A stretch of 64,000 nucleotides of DNA from Ginglymostoma cirratum. Taxonomy: Eukaryota. Below the pieces are notes generated by a model, which saw only the letters and a program-made list of their open reading frames with translations, searched no databases and was not told the DNA's origin. The position numbers were made by a program, and so were the translations under genes. Positions within the stretch are counted from its first letter, which is position 1, and every line of letters starts with the position of its first letter. The stretch lies in NCBI GenBank assembly GCA_024137785.1, contig JAHRHZ010000271.1:11667144-11731143 (forward strand), read 5' to 3'. Shown here piece after piece: positions 25,086-37,920 of this stretch.

Positions 25086-27699
25086 TCTGTATTTGTAGAC
25101 AAATAAAGGGCTTTACCTTAGCCTAACCTGCTCGGTGTAAAACTAATGGAACTGGATCAGTGGCTTTTTTACCAAGTCCATAGCCCCTACCAACTTGGTT
25201 TCTCTCACACATTGAAGATAAAATTACCCTCATGGTTTTAACTACAGAGACAGATATCTGTTTTTAAGTTGTAACAATGACTGCTTTACTAATATATTTT
25301 AATTCTTAAGTACATTGTTCCAATATTTCAACAGAAAAGCTATCAGTTTACAGTGCTGACAGATCTGGTTCTGTTGATTGTAAACATATCAAACTATTCC
25401 CTATCTCCCTAAATTTTAATTCCAAACAAAATTGCATCAATTATCACACTTGGAAAACAACAGCTACTGAAAAGCTATTGTGTTAGCTTGGTTGTACACT
25501 GAAAGATATTGTGATTTAGAAAATAATATCTCATTAAAATGAATAATATCGTTTACATCAATGGAGCCTTGCAAGCAATTATGCTTTGTCAAGCAGCATA
25601 ATTGAATTAATATTATCAATGAATGTTTATGAGAAATCATTGGTTTACAAGATAATAGTCTGTATGTCTTGAGAAAGCCTACATACAGAAACATGAAAAC
25701 AGAGCCAAGTGTTATTTTCCCTCGTTGCATTTGAAATTGGCCCCAATGTACATTGTGGAGTTAGTCTTATATGGAACATTAAGCTATTTGTGACATCAAT
25801 GATGTCTATAAAGTAGTGCTACGACAGTGAAACTACAGTAAATCAACCTGTGACTGGGCTGAAAAATTTAATAGGCATGGTGATAGTCCTATCCATGCAT
25901 AACCAATCCTATCGCTGCCATTCTCCAAAGATAAATGAGATTAAATCCTGATCAGGCACTTATCTGTCTGCCATCAGGGCTCTGAGAGACTTCAGGATAA
26001 AGATCCGATTTCCATCTGCGGCCGGTCAATCAGAGTCCAACAGCACTTCAGTACTAGTAGCGCCACCAGGAATAATGGTCACTATTGGTACTGCAAGTAG
26101 CCCAAGTTGAAGGTATCCAATAGAGGAGAAGCAAATGGGGGGGGGCAGTCAGGCAGGCCCAGACCAAGCAAAGGGACAGAAGGATTGGTTTCAAAGTTTG
26201 GGAAGTATATTCCCACTGGGATGGTCCTTATTTCTGTTATGCATAGAATGTCTGACCAAGAAGGCTCTGTCACCAGCCACAGGCAGATGACTAGTATATA
26301 ACTGGAGGCCTGTTCACAAAGCATTCCCCCCGCTCCTCCTCCCATCTCCACTCTCACAATGGGGTAGAATAGGCATTTAAGGGGCTTAATTGCACTTATT
26401 CAGAAGAAGTCACAAGGATGACAGGTTGTCTAGGTGTGCCTTCAGTCCCACTACTCAACTCTATATGCTCCAACCCTGATGTGCCTATAAGGTAGAGCTG
26501 ATCTGCAGCTGAAATGTACATTCTACACTGAAGTTACAATATTTCACAACCTCTACATTAGAACTCTGCATTTTGTTTCTATTAACCATTCAATCCACCT
26601 CAACTTGTCTGTATTGCAATGTGCATGGGATCAGCCCAGGATCCAAAGGTTCTTTTTCTTATCTTCTTCCAGAGGGTTAGTGCTGATTGGTTGGCAAGTT
26701 GATTTTGTTGCTGCAGGAATGCATTTGGTTCCTATGGAAAGGCAAAGTATCTCAAAAATTTGAACGAATGATAAGAAAACTTCATGGTCATTTCCACCAG
26801 CAAAATGCTACTATCCGTCCAAAAAGACTTTCTGTCGATTGTACAATGTTGTGTATGAATTTCAGTGCTGGTGTGATGCCAAGTGCATGAGTCATACTGA
26901 CTGGCTCATTGAAGTAAATAGCATGATCCTTCCTCTGTCTGTAATAAGCAAGCAGGCCACCTGTGCAGACCCCTAAACAAAATGTCCACTGTAGAATATG
27001 CTTCTGTGTTTGGGCTGCACTTGCTAAACAATCCTAAATATGCTCATAACTACACGAAAAACCATGTTAAGATAATCAGTCAAGTTTGTAATGGCGCTCA
27101 CTTATGCTCATGAGAAGCAACATTCATTGTGATCTGTTTCCTGCACAGAATATGAATATGTTAAAGCCCCATGCCTTTTATCATGAATTACTGAACAATG
27201 TGAGAGCCTATAGTTGCCTTACCTTCTCTATGACAATTCCTTGACTATTTAGAGTTTGCTTGCCAAGCTCTGGTCAAGCCTTTCCCCTGTATTTTAAGTT
27301 CTTGTGACTGTTTGAAATTGTGTTCTTCCATTTGTCCTGAACAATGCTTGACAAAAAAACGTTTCAGCGACATCTTTCTCTTTCCATCAATATTCATTTG
27401 TTGAAGACTTGCAGTGAGTTGAAATTTATCATTCATCAAATAAAATCTGCCGAATGATAGATGATTTTGTAATATATTTCATTTTAATACTTATGTTGCT
27501 AATAATTTTTGTAACATTATCATTTTAGCTGCACGCGTTCCACTTATGTGAGGTAAATTTGCATCAACACAACTGTTGTTGTCCTGATAAAAATTAGGGA
27601 TAATTATTAAAAATTAGAGCTCACTTTATTCAGAAGCCATTCTATATAATAGCGACAGCAGAGGGCCCTAAAAATCTAACATTAAATCCTTCATTGTTT

Positions 27700-28306
27700 A
27701 GTCCTTTGAATACCGGAGTCGGGACATTACGTTGAGGTTATACAGGATGTTGGTGAAGCCCCTTCTAGAGTACTGTGTGCAGTTCTTCTCACCCTGCTGC
27801 AGAAAGGATGTTATTAAGCTGGAGAGCATACATAAAGATTTACCAGGATGTTCCCGGGAATGGAGGGTTTGAGTTAAAAGGAGAAGCTGGATAGGCTGGG
27901 ACTATTATTCACCAGAGCATAGGAGGCTGAGGGGTGACCTTTTTCAAGGTTTATAAAATCATGAGGGGCATAGATAAGGTGAATGACAGGTGCCTTTTCC
28001 CTAGATTGGGGTATTTCAAGACTAAGGGACATTTTTTAAGTTGAACGGAGATAGATTTTAAAAAAGACAAGGGGGGCAACATTTTTACTTAGAGAGTGGA
28101 CCATGTGTGGAATGAACTTCCAGACGAAGTAATAGATGCTGGTACAGTTACAACAATTAAAAGATATTTGGATAAGAACATGAATAAAACCTGTTTGGAG
28201 GGATATGGGCCAAGCGCAAGCAGGTGGGACTAGTTTGGTTTGGGAACACAGTCAGCATGGATTGGTTGGACTGAAGGGTCTGTTTCTGTACTGTATGACT
28301 CTATGA
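27700..28306 (+). mobile_element. CR1 3' fragment
   Basis: LVKPLLEYCVQF motif through the TGTATGACTCTATGA tail. Confidence 0.9.
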
Positions 28307-29526
28307 TAACTTTAAACTGTGATTTTTTTTTTCTCAATGTCGGTAGCTGTTTCTAAACTGAACAATGATGATGAGTAATTTAAATTTTGATGCTAGACTC
28401 TGGGGGCTGAATGAAAGAGTTGGTGCAGGACCCAATAACTGGAGAGTGGTCTAATGTTGTGCCTTTGTTGAAGAAAGGTTGTAAGGAGAAACCAGGGAAC
28501 TATTGACCTGCGAGTCTGAATTCAATCGTGGGTAAATTGTTGGAGGCGATTACAAAAGTTAGATTTATGAACACACGGGCAAAAATTAATTAAGGATAAT
28601 CAGCATGGTTTTGTGCAAGGAAAATCATGTCTCCAAACTTAACTGTGTTTTTGAGGAAGTTACCAAAAAGATTGATGATGGTAGAGCAGTAGATGTTATT
28701 TATTTGGATTTTAGTGAAGCGTTTGACAAGGTTCCGCATGACCGATTAACCGGTAAAGCTAGGTCACATGGGATTCAGGGTGAACTTGCCAATTGGAAAC
28801 ATAATTGGCTTAACGGCAGGAGACAGAGAGTAATGGTGGAGGCAACAAACGTGGAGCTGGTCAAACACAGCAGGTCAGACTGCATCTGAGGAGATGGGAA
28901 GTCAACGTTTCTGGCCGAAATGCTTTGTCAGGGCTGGGGACGGGGTGAGGAGCCCAGAAATAAAAAGAGGGAGGAATGTGGAGCTGGATAAAAGTAGGTG
29001 GGATGGTGATAGGTGGATGCAGCTAGGAGGTTATAGCAATTGGTCAGTGGGAAGGTTAGGGTGGATAGGTGAGTAGGAAGATGTAGAGATTAGGACAGTT
29101 TAGGGAGGTGGGACATGGGATAAGACTGGGGGTGGAGGGATTTTGAAGTTGGTAAGTCAATATTCAAGCCCTTGGGCTGTAAGATCCCAAGGTGAAATAT
29201 CAGGTGTTTTTCCTTTAGTTTACGTTTGGCCCCACTCTGACAGTGGAGAGACCAAGGACGGACATGTTGCCAGGAGAGTGGGAGGGGGAATTAAACGAGA
29301 TGGCAACCAGAAGGTCGGGTTGGTTGGTACATGTACAATGCAGATGCTTTGTGAACTGGACTTGAGTCTGCGTTTGGTCTCCCTGATGTAGGGAGCAAGG
29401 AATGCAATAAATCAGATTGGATGAAGTGCAGGTGAATCTCTGCTGGATCTGGAAAGATTGTTTGGGGCCTTGGATGGAGGTGAGATGGGAGGTGTAGGGG
29501 CAAGTATTGCACCTTTTGCAGTTGCA

Positions 29527-29574
29527 GTGGAGGGTACCGGGGTGGAGGGTACCGGGTGGAGGGTACCGGGTGGA
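29527..29574. repeat. Three tandem copies of a 14-15 bp unit GTGGAGGGTACCGG(G)
   Basis: Direct reading. Confidence 0.9.
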
Positions 29575-29710
29575 TGAACAGCCCCTGAGGAAAGCAGACA
29601 GGGGCGGGGAAGGAAGTATCATTTTGGTGGTGGGGTCAGACAGGAGGTGACGGAATTGTCGGAGAATGATGCAATGGACTTGGAGGTTGGTGGGTTGGTA
29701 CGTGAGGACT

Positions 29711-30460
29711 AGAACATAAGAACTAGGAGCAGGAGTAGGCCATCTGACCCCTCGAGCCTGCCCCGCCATTTATTAAGATCATGGCTGATCTTTCTGAGAC
29801 TCGCCTCCACTTAGCCGTTCACTCACCATAACCCTTAATTCCTTTACTGTTCAAAAATTTATCTAGCCTTGCCTTAAAAACATTGTGAGGTAGCTTCAAC
29901 CGCTTCACTGGGCAGGGAATTCCACAGATTCACAACCCTTTGGGTGAAGAAGTTCTTCCTGACCTCAGTCCTGCATCTGCTTCCCTTTATTTTGAGGCGA
30001 TGCCCTCGAGTCCTAGTTTCACCTACTAGCAGAAACAACCTCCCTGCCTCCACTTTATCTGTTCCCTTCATAATCTTATATGCTTCTATAAGATCCCCCC
30101 CTCATTCTTCTGAATTCCATTGAGTATAATCCCAGTCTACTCAGTCTCTCCTCATAATCCAACCCTCTCAACTCTGGAATCAACCGAATGAATCTCCTCT
30201 GCACCCCCTCCAGTGCTAGTATATCTCTTCTCAAGTAAGGAGACCAAAACTGCACACGGTACTCCAGGTGTGGCCTCACCAGGACCCTATGCAGCTGCAG
30301 CATTGCCTTTTAAACTCCATCCCTTGAACAATGGCAGATAAAATTCCATTTGCCTTTTTAATCACCTGCTGTACCTGTAATCCCACCTTCAGCGATTCAT
30401 GCACAAGGACACCCAAGTCCCTTTGCACAGTAGCATGCTGCAATTTTTTACCATTTAAAA
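29711..30460 (-). mobile_element. Relatively young CR1 3' fragment nested in the PLE
   Basis: Near-intact LVRPHLEYRVQFWSPYLRRDILALEGVQRRF and KNFFTQRVVNLWNSLP; GTTCTTATGTTCT tail. Confidence 0.95.
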
Positions 30461-33400
30461 CACAGTGACTAATGACACTCTATCCTTATTGTTGTTGTGG
30501 GGAGGGAGTTTGAGGGCAAAAATGCGGGAAATGGGGGAGATGCGATTGACTGCATCTTTAATTATAGAGGAGCGGAAACTATGGTCTCTAAAGTAGGAGA
30601 ATATCTGGGATGCCCTGGAGTCAAATGCCTCATCCTGGGAGCAGATGCTGCAGAGGCGGAGGACTTGAGGTTATGGGATTGCATTTTTGCAGGAGGGTGG
30701 GTGAGAGGAGGTGTAGTCGAGGTAGTTGTGTGAGTCAATGGGTTTGAAATGGATGTCAGTAGTGAGTCAGTTTCCAGAGACGGGGCCAGAGAGGTCCAGG
30801 AAAGGAAAGGAGGTGTCAGAAATTGTCTGGGTGAGTTTGAGGGCAGGGTGGAAGGTGTTAGAAAAGTTAATGAACTGTTGGAGCTCCTTGCGGGAGCATG
30901 AAGTAGTGCTGATATAGTCATCAATATAACGGAGAAAGAGGTGAGGATGGTGCCGGTGTAGTTGTGGATGAGGTTCTGTTCCATGAATCCTACAAAGAGG
31001 CAGGCATAGCTCGGGCCCATACGGAAGCCCATAGCCAACCCTTTAGTTTGTCAGAAGTCAGAGGAATCAAAGGAAAAATTGTTGACGACCAGTTCTGCCA
31101 AGTGGATGAGGGACGGGAACTAAGTGGATCTATAGGAGGGGAAGAAGTGGAAGGATTCCTTGTGGGGAATGCAGGTACATAGGAACTGAACATTCGCAGT
31201 GAAGATGAGGTGTTGGGGGCAGGGGAATTGAACGTTTTGGAAAAGGTAGAGGGCATGGGTTGTGTCACAAAAGTTGGTGGGGAGTTCCTGGACTAAAGGG
31301 GAAAGAACGGAGTCAAGGTAGGGGAGATAAACTCAGTGGGGCAGCAGCAGGCAGAGATCATGGGTCGACCGGGGCTGTCAGGTTTATAGATCTTGGGTAG
31401 GAGAGAGAAACAGGGATGCGGGGTTGGTGAACTATCAGGTTGGAGGCTGTAGGCAAGATATCTCCTGAGGTGATGAGGTTGTTGATGGTCTGGGAGATGG
31501 TGGCTTGGTGATCAGAGGTGGGGTCAAGATTGAGGGGATGGTAGGAAGAGGCATCAGAGAGTTGGCGTCTGGCATCAGCAATTGTAGAGGTCAGTTCGCC
31601 ATACTACCATCAGAGAGGGACACCCTGAGCTGGAAGTTTACTTTTCAGACTGGGAGGCCTGTGACTAGTTGTGTACCACAGGGATCGTTTCTGGGTCCTC
31701 TTTTGTTTGTCATTTATATAAATGATTTGTGTGATAATATAGAAGGCTTGTTTAGCAAGTTTGCGGACAATACCAAGGTTGGTGGCATTGTAGACAGTGG
31801 AGAAGGTTTTCAAAGATTACAAAGGGATGTTGGTCAAATGATTCAATGGGCTGAAAAATGACAGCTGGAGTTCAATCTGGATAAATGCGACATATTGCAT
31901 TTTGGTACAACAAACAAGGGTAGGGATTACACAATTAATGGTCGGGCCTTTTGTAGTGTTGTAGAACAGAGGGGTCTTGGGATGCAGGTACATAATTCTT
32001 TGAAGTTTGTGTCACAAGTAGACAGGGTAGTTGAAAAGGGGCTTGGCACACTTGCCTTTGTCGCTCAGTTCTTTGAGTACAGGTTTTGTTGAGGTTGTAC
32101 AGGACATTGGTGAGGTCTCTTCTGGAATACTGTATCCAGTTCTGGTCACCCAGTTATAGGTAGGATATTATCAAGCTGAGCAGGGTTCAGAAGAGATTTA
32201 CCAGGATGTTGCCAGGTGGGGAAAGTTTGAATTATAAAGAAAGGCTGGGACCTTTTTTTTTAACTGGAGTGTAGGAGGTTGAGAGGTGACCTGATAGAAG
32301 TTTGTAAAATAATGAGTGATATTAATAGAGTTAATGGTGGTTGTCTTTTCCCTAGGATAGGTGATTACAAGACCAGGGGGCACATTTTTAAGGTGAGAGG
32401 AGAGAGATTTAAAAAAGACATAAAAGGCAATTTTTTGACACGGGGTGGTTCGCGTATGGAATGAACTTTCCGAAGAAATGGTGGATGTGGGTACAATTAC
32501 AAAGTTTAAAAGACATTTGGATAAGTACATGAATAGGAAAGTTTTGGAGGAATATGGGTCAGGTGCAGGCAGGTGGGACTAGTTTTGTTTGGAATTATAT
32601 TTGGCATGGACTAGTTGGCCCGAAGGGTCTGCTTCCATGCTGTATGAGTCCATGACTCTGACTCTATGACCTGAATCATTTTGAGCCTTGTTCATATTTA
32701 TTTGCAAACTGAAAGTATGTGACTGAGCTGAGTCTACCAGTGGCTTAGACCTTCAGCACTGAGATTCACTTGAAAGTCAGAATGGGCAGGGCTTCAGTGG
32801 TAATTAGGCACATTATCTCTTTCAATGTGAACATAGAGATGGAGGTGTCAGGTATGGGTTGCACTCTATTATTTGGAAATAACCATTTATCATTAACAAA
32901 TACAAGCAGTTGCATTTTTCGTTAGCAATGATTTAGTGGGACTGTGTTGATAAATGAGGGAAAAATGCTCAGTCTATTGCAGCGAAATAAGAATGGTCAG
33001 AACATAATAATATAGTGGATTTCTGTCATTGATGTTGTTCATATTTTCCAGTCATTTGTCACTGTTTTACACAAAATTTCAAATGTCAGAATATCCCAAA
33101 GGATACACAATATTTCTCAACTCTTATTATAGACACTGGTACAGGGAGGACGTTATAATAATCCTAGCTTAGAAAGCTGCCTCCAGCTATGCACCTTCAC
33201 TTATTATGTTATAACAATAAATTGTAAAAAAATGTTACTAAAATACTCCAGATCCATGAAATGGGAGTTGGAATGTTGGTCCCTTATTTCTCTGATGCAA
33301 TCCAGGTGGAATTAGATTGCAATGTCAATGGATTGTCTCCCTGCAAACAGTGGGATAAATCAGCAAAAATGTCTAACTAGTCAGACACAGTCAGCCTGAT

Positions 33401-33917
33401 GCCAAGCCTAGACAGCCATCAGTGTACAGTATGATATATGAAGCGAAATGGCATTTACACCTGAGGAATTGACACTCTGGAAGAACTTGCCTAAGAGCGC
33501 CTCGGTATCCTGATTTACAGTCATTTCATCAGGAATATGTTGACAATATGCTGAGTAACAATTAGAATGAAATACGATACAACTGGCTTTATTAGTTGGA
33601 TCATGAGATTCTTTCGTCTGCAGTTTGTTAATCTGAAACTGTTGCAAGGACGCAAAATAATAAATACAGCATCTGCCATGCCTAGCCTTATTGCCTTCCC
33701 TTCCTTGGATGCCTTTCAATGTCTTCATGTGAGACAGTCACAATATTAAAACAATATTTGTTTGCACCCTTGATATTTCATAGATTGCGCCATTAACATT
33801 GTAAGAGGCAAGGTGAATTGACTAATCAGATGACGCGTTTTCACACAGATGATGTCAACATCACTAATTACAAGACAGAATTGGAATGGTGTTTGGTCAG
33901 AATATTAATTGAGGAAT

Positions 33918-34115
33918 AAATTACTGCAGATGCTGGAATCTGTACTGAAAACAAGAAATGCTGGAAATCACATTGGGTTGGGCAGCATCCATGGAGAGAG
34001 AGCAAGCTAATGTTTTGAATCTAGACAATTCTTCATCAGAGTTGAAAATATTAGCTTGCTCTCTCCACGGATGCTGACCAACCCCCTGTGATTTCCAGCA
34101 TTTTTTGCTTTCATC
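33918..34115. mobile_element. Palindromic mini-element (family C)
   Basis: Inverted arms (GCAGCATCCATGGAGAGAGAGCAAGCTAAT / ATTAGCTTGCTCTCTCCACGGATGCTG); exact 11-bp TSD AATTGAGGAAT (33907-33917 and 34116-34126); degenerate CUGAUGA motif on the minus strand. Confidence 0.85.
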
Positions 34116-34142
34116 AATTGAGGAATGTTAGTTAAACCTATA

Positions 34143-34243
34143 ACAAAAACAGAAGTTGCTGGCAAAGCTCAGCAAGTCTGGCAGCATTCGTGGAGGAAAA
34201 AAATCAGAGTTAACGTTTCGGGTCCGGTGACCCTTCCTCAGAA
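34143..34243 (-). mobile_element. Family B single arm
   Basis: TSD TAGTTAAACC(T/A)ATA at 34129-34142 and 34250-34263. Confidence 0.85.
34212..34241 (-). ncRNA. Minimal hammerhead ribozyme motif with intact core
   Basis: CUGAGGA-A-GGGUC-ACCG-GACCC-GAAA-C-GUU with a perfect 5-bp helix II; helix I is only about 2 bp in this copy. Confidence 0.75.
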
Positions 34244-35389
34244 GTGGTGTAGTTAAACCAATATTTTGGTTTTGAATTCTGAAGTTTTTAAGAGGGATGC
34301 ACTGGTGTTTTTCGATCCCCTAAACTCCTATCTTTTCAGAAATGTTCCAAACAGCCTCCCAGATGACACAGAGCTTTAGTGAAAAAAAGGATAATCCTTC
34401 TGTCTATTTAATTAGGAGCCATTGTTTTGATCACCATAAGGACAATATTGGACCAGGCAGTCCATTGTTGCAATCTATTAAAGAATAGAATGTGTGGAAG
34501 AATCAAAGATAAGAAAATAAGCAGCAGGATTCCAGGGTTGAATTGAAATGCCAAAAGAAATCTTCAGAACTCCCTTGAAAGCCTTTCCAAGTTGGTTGAA
34601 TCACTGATGTTTTAGTAGTTCAAATCTCTTCTCCTGTAACTGAATTCCCTAGGATTCTTGAGAAATGTCCCTTGTGTTCCAATTATGAGTATGATTTCTG
34701 CTTTTACCAGGCAACTGGCTGCAATTTCTCTAGCTTCTAATCTTTATTCCCTGCACCAATTCAAATATGCTGGTCGGTGTCCTTAACTCTATTGTCAGCT
34801 GCAATGAAGAATTAATGTCTCCCAGGATTTTCTCCTGCTCAAACTGCTTACACTCTGCTAACAGCAGCTCTCCCAGGTTCAAGCTGTAAAACTAATTTCT
34901 CTGAACACGCAAAAACTTTGATAAATTGAAAGCAGAGATCATTTTTAGCTTCCAGCCCTCTCCATGGGCTACGTGGTCCACTCTGGGCTGTCCTTAACTT
35001 GACCTTTAAGCTAATGCTTTTTCAGCTAATTTAGCTCTACTCCCTCTGGAATGCCATCGCTGCACCTGAAAGCAATATGACCCCAACTTTTGGGATGGAC
35101 GAGAAGCGCCTAAAGGAGGCTGAAACTTCAGGATGAAGACTTGACAATCTATTGTGGATTTGGGACTGCAAGCTGGGGGGCAGGGAATGATAACTTAGTA
35201 GGGAGGAGGTTAATTTATTTGTAAGAGGAGGGATATGATAAGGTTTGGATAGGAATGGCTAATGTGAATAGTACTTCTCGTCAGTGGACAGGAGCATCCT
35301 GGCTTGAAGGCAGGGAGCGTATAAATTTGAGATATTCTAAAACTTTTCTACTTATGTCTTAACATTGCAACAGTGTCCCTTCCCTTTAC

Positions 35390-35810
35390 CTTGCTCATTA
35401 ATCATAGTTCCCAGTTGAACAATGTCTTGATATTAAAATTCTCATCCTCATTTTAAATTCCTCCATGGCGTCATTCCACCATTTCTCTGAAATCTCCTCA
35501 TGTTCCACATGCCTCTCACTTTTCTAAGCACAATCTAAGTCTAACCTCTTTAGCATCCAAGATTTTAATTGGTCTGCCAGTTGTGTCCATGTCTCCAAAC
35601 ATTAAGCCTTGACTTTTCCTCCACACATCTCTTCACCTTCTTAACTCATTTTCCTACTTTGACAGTCCTTAAAGCCTCACTCTTTGACTATGCTTTTGGT
35701 AATCTGACCTAATATCTTCTTGTGTGGCTCAGTGCCATGTTTTAAAATGCATCCATGAAAACCCTTGGGACAATTTATGTTGTTAGTGGCACAGTAAAAA
35801 TAGAAGCTAG
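35390..35810 (+). mobile_element. L2-like LINE 3' fragment
   Basis: TTAAAATTCTCATCCTC.. and tail CATGAAACCCTTGGGACAATTTATGTTGTTAGTGGCACAGTAAAAATAGAAG resemble L2/Deu-type 3' ends. Confidence 0.55.
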
Positions 35811-35954
35811 AAATCTTGTTGTTAATATTGTCACTTGACTCTCTGCCTACCTTCAGTGTGCAGGCAGCAGACAAACACTGTACTCATAGACACAAGATGC
35901 AGTGTGCCATGAAAAATAGATTAAAGAAAGACAAGTTTTTTAAAAAAAAGAAAA

Positions 35955-36430
35955 AAAAAGCCAAAATGCTGAAAATGCTTCCTGGATCTGGCAGTATCTG
36001 TGAGGAAAGAAACAGAGCTAATGGCTTTAAAACTGGGAAAATTTAGAGATGTGGTAAGTTTTGAACAAGTATAAGGCAGGGAGGAAAACAGCAAAGTCTA
36101 AGGTCTGTTATAAGGCTGAAGGCGCAAGAAATGAAATGACAGCAGGGTTTTTGGAACAACAAACAACAGGAGTGTTAATGGACCAAATAAAGAAATAAAT
36201 GATGTTTCTACAAAAGATGTGAAGCTCAGAACCAACAATGGCTACAGTCAAAAGCAAAAATTTTAAAGAAGGAAATGAGAGAAAAAGTAAAAGTAGCAAA
36301 GAAGAAGGAAACAAAATTGGGGCTCAAGTTACAATCTGCAATTGTTGAACTTGACATTGAGTTTGGGAGGCTGTAAAGTACCTGAAGATGATGTACCTGT
36401 TTCTTGAGTTCATAGAGCTCCACAAACTCC
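35955..36430 (-). mobile_element. Old PLE 3' end
   Basis: Terminal motif at 35955-36025; 36330-36410 encodes a decayed GTLQP..NVKFNN ORF end. Confidence 0.6.
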
Positions 36431-36499
36431 AAGTACATAACATAAAGATCTGATTTTCCAAACTGTGCGTCCTGTGTAATGAGGGTCTACTTTTAAAGC

Positions 36500-37920
36500 G
36501 CATTCATACAATTATTAACAAAATGTCAGACCATGGGATTAAGAGACTGTGAAGCACAGATACTAATTTGATTAACAGACAGAATGCATGAAATACAGCT
36601 CAATGGTTGTTTGATCAACCAGAAGAAAGTTGACAGTGATGTTTCCCAAGATTAATAATAGAACCTTTGATCTTTTTGAGATATACAAGTGACATGGAGA
36701 TGAGCATAAAGGGAATTATTTCAAAAGTTTCAGGTAACACAAAACTCAAACATATATAATTTATGGTTAGTAAGTTTGACACTAAAATTGGAGTTGTAGT
36801 GGTCAGCGAAGAAGGTTATCTGAGAGTACAAAGGGATCAGATGGGCCAACGGGCCAAGGAGTGGCAGATGGAGTTTAATTTAGATAAATGTGAGGTGTTG
36901 CATTTTGGAAAGGCAAATCAGGGCAGAACTTATACACTTAATAGTAAGGTCCTGGGGAGTGTTGCTGAACAAAGAGACCTTGGAGTGCAGGTTCATAGTT
37001 CCTTGTAAGTGGTGTCACAGGTAGGCAGGATAGTGAAGAAGGCATTTGGTAAGCTTGCTTTTATTGGTCAGTGCATTGAGTATAGAAGTTGATAGGTCAT
37101 ATTGCAGCTGTACAGGACATTAGCTTGGTCACTTTTGGAGTTCTGCGTGCAATTCTGGTCTCCGTCCGATAGGAAGGATGTTGTGAAACTAGAAAGGGTT
37201 CAGAAATGATTTATGAGGATGTTGCCAGGGTTGGAGGGTTTGAGCTATAGAGAGAGGCTGAATAGGCTGGGGTTATTTTCTCTGGTGTGTTGGATTGCTG
37301 AGGGGTGAATGAGGTTTATAAAATTATGAGGGGCTTGGATAGGGTAAATAGACAAAGTCTTTTCCCCGAGGTGGGGGTGTCCAAAGCTGGAGGGCATAAG
37401 TTTAAATTGTCAGGGTAAAGGTACAAAAGGGACCTAAGAGGCAACATTTTCTCACAGAGGGTGGTGTGTGTATGGAATGAACTGCCAGAAGAAGTGATGG
37501 AGGCTGGTATGATTACAGCATTTAAAAGGTATCTGGATGGGTATATGAATTGGAAGGGTTTAGAGGGATATGGGCCAAGTGCTGGCAAATGGGACTAGAT
37601 TAATTCAGGATATCTGGTTGGCATGGACGAGTTGAACCAAAGGGTCTGTTTCCGTGCTGTATATCTCTCTGACTCTATCACTGTAAGAGGATAGGAGCAG
37701 ATTTCAGGAAGACATAAACAAATTGGTGCAATTGGTAGGCACATGTCAGATTAAGTTCAGTGTAGCGAGGCCTGAAGTGATATATGTTGATTAGAAAATG
37801 CAGGAGAGACAATATAGAGAAGATGATAGAATTTTAAGGGGAGAGCAGGAACAGAAACGCCTAGTGGTATATATGTATATATATTTATGAAGTTTACAGG
37901 ATGAGTTATGAATGCTGTAA
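36500..37920 (+). mobile_element. Ancient CR1 interrupted by a younger CR1
   Basis: Diverged RT segments 36500-36760 and 37680-37920 continue across the insertion. Confidence 0.55.
36763..37678 (+). mobile_element. Younger CR1 3' fragment
   Basis: WQMEFNLDKCEVLHFGKANQGRTYTLN..EQRDLGVQVHSSL through the CTCTGACTCTAT tail. Confidence 0.95.

Larger units (their letters stand above)
28843..31612 (-). mobile_element. PLE, 5'-truncated and frameshifted (RT plus GIY-YIG)
   Basis: AMGFRMGPSYACLFVGFMEQ (PLE RT); CNCKRCNTC..FTCTSSNLIYCIPCS (Cys-rich motif and GIY-YIG start); terminus 28843-28933 matches family A arms. Confidence 0.92.
28432..32670 (+). mobile_element. CR1 LINE (RT to 3' end) split by a PLE insertion
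   Basis: AVDVIYLDFSEAFDKVPH (28605-28889), resuming at about 31631 with VPQGSFLGPLLFVIYIND..KFADNTK; tail GACTCTGACTCTATGAC. Confidence 0.95.
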
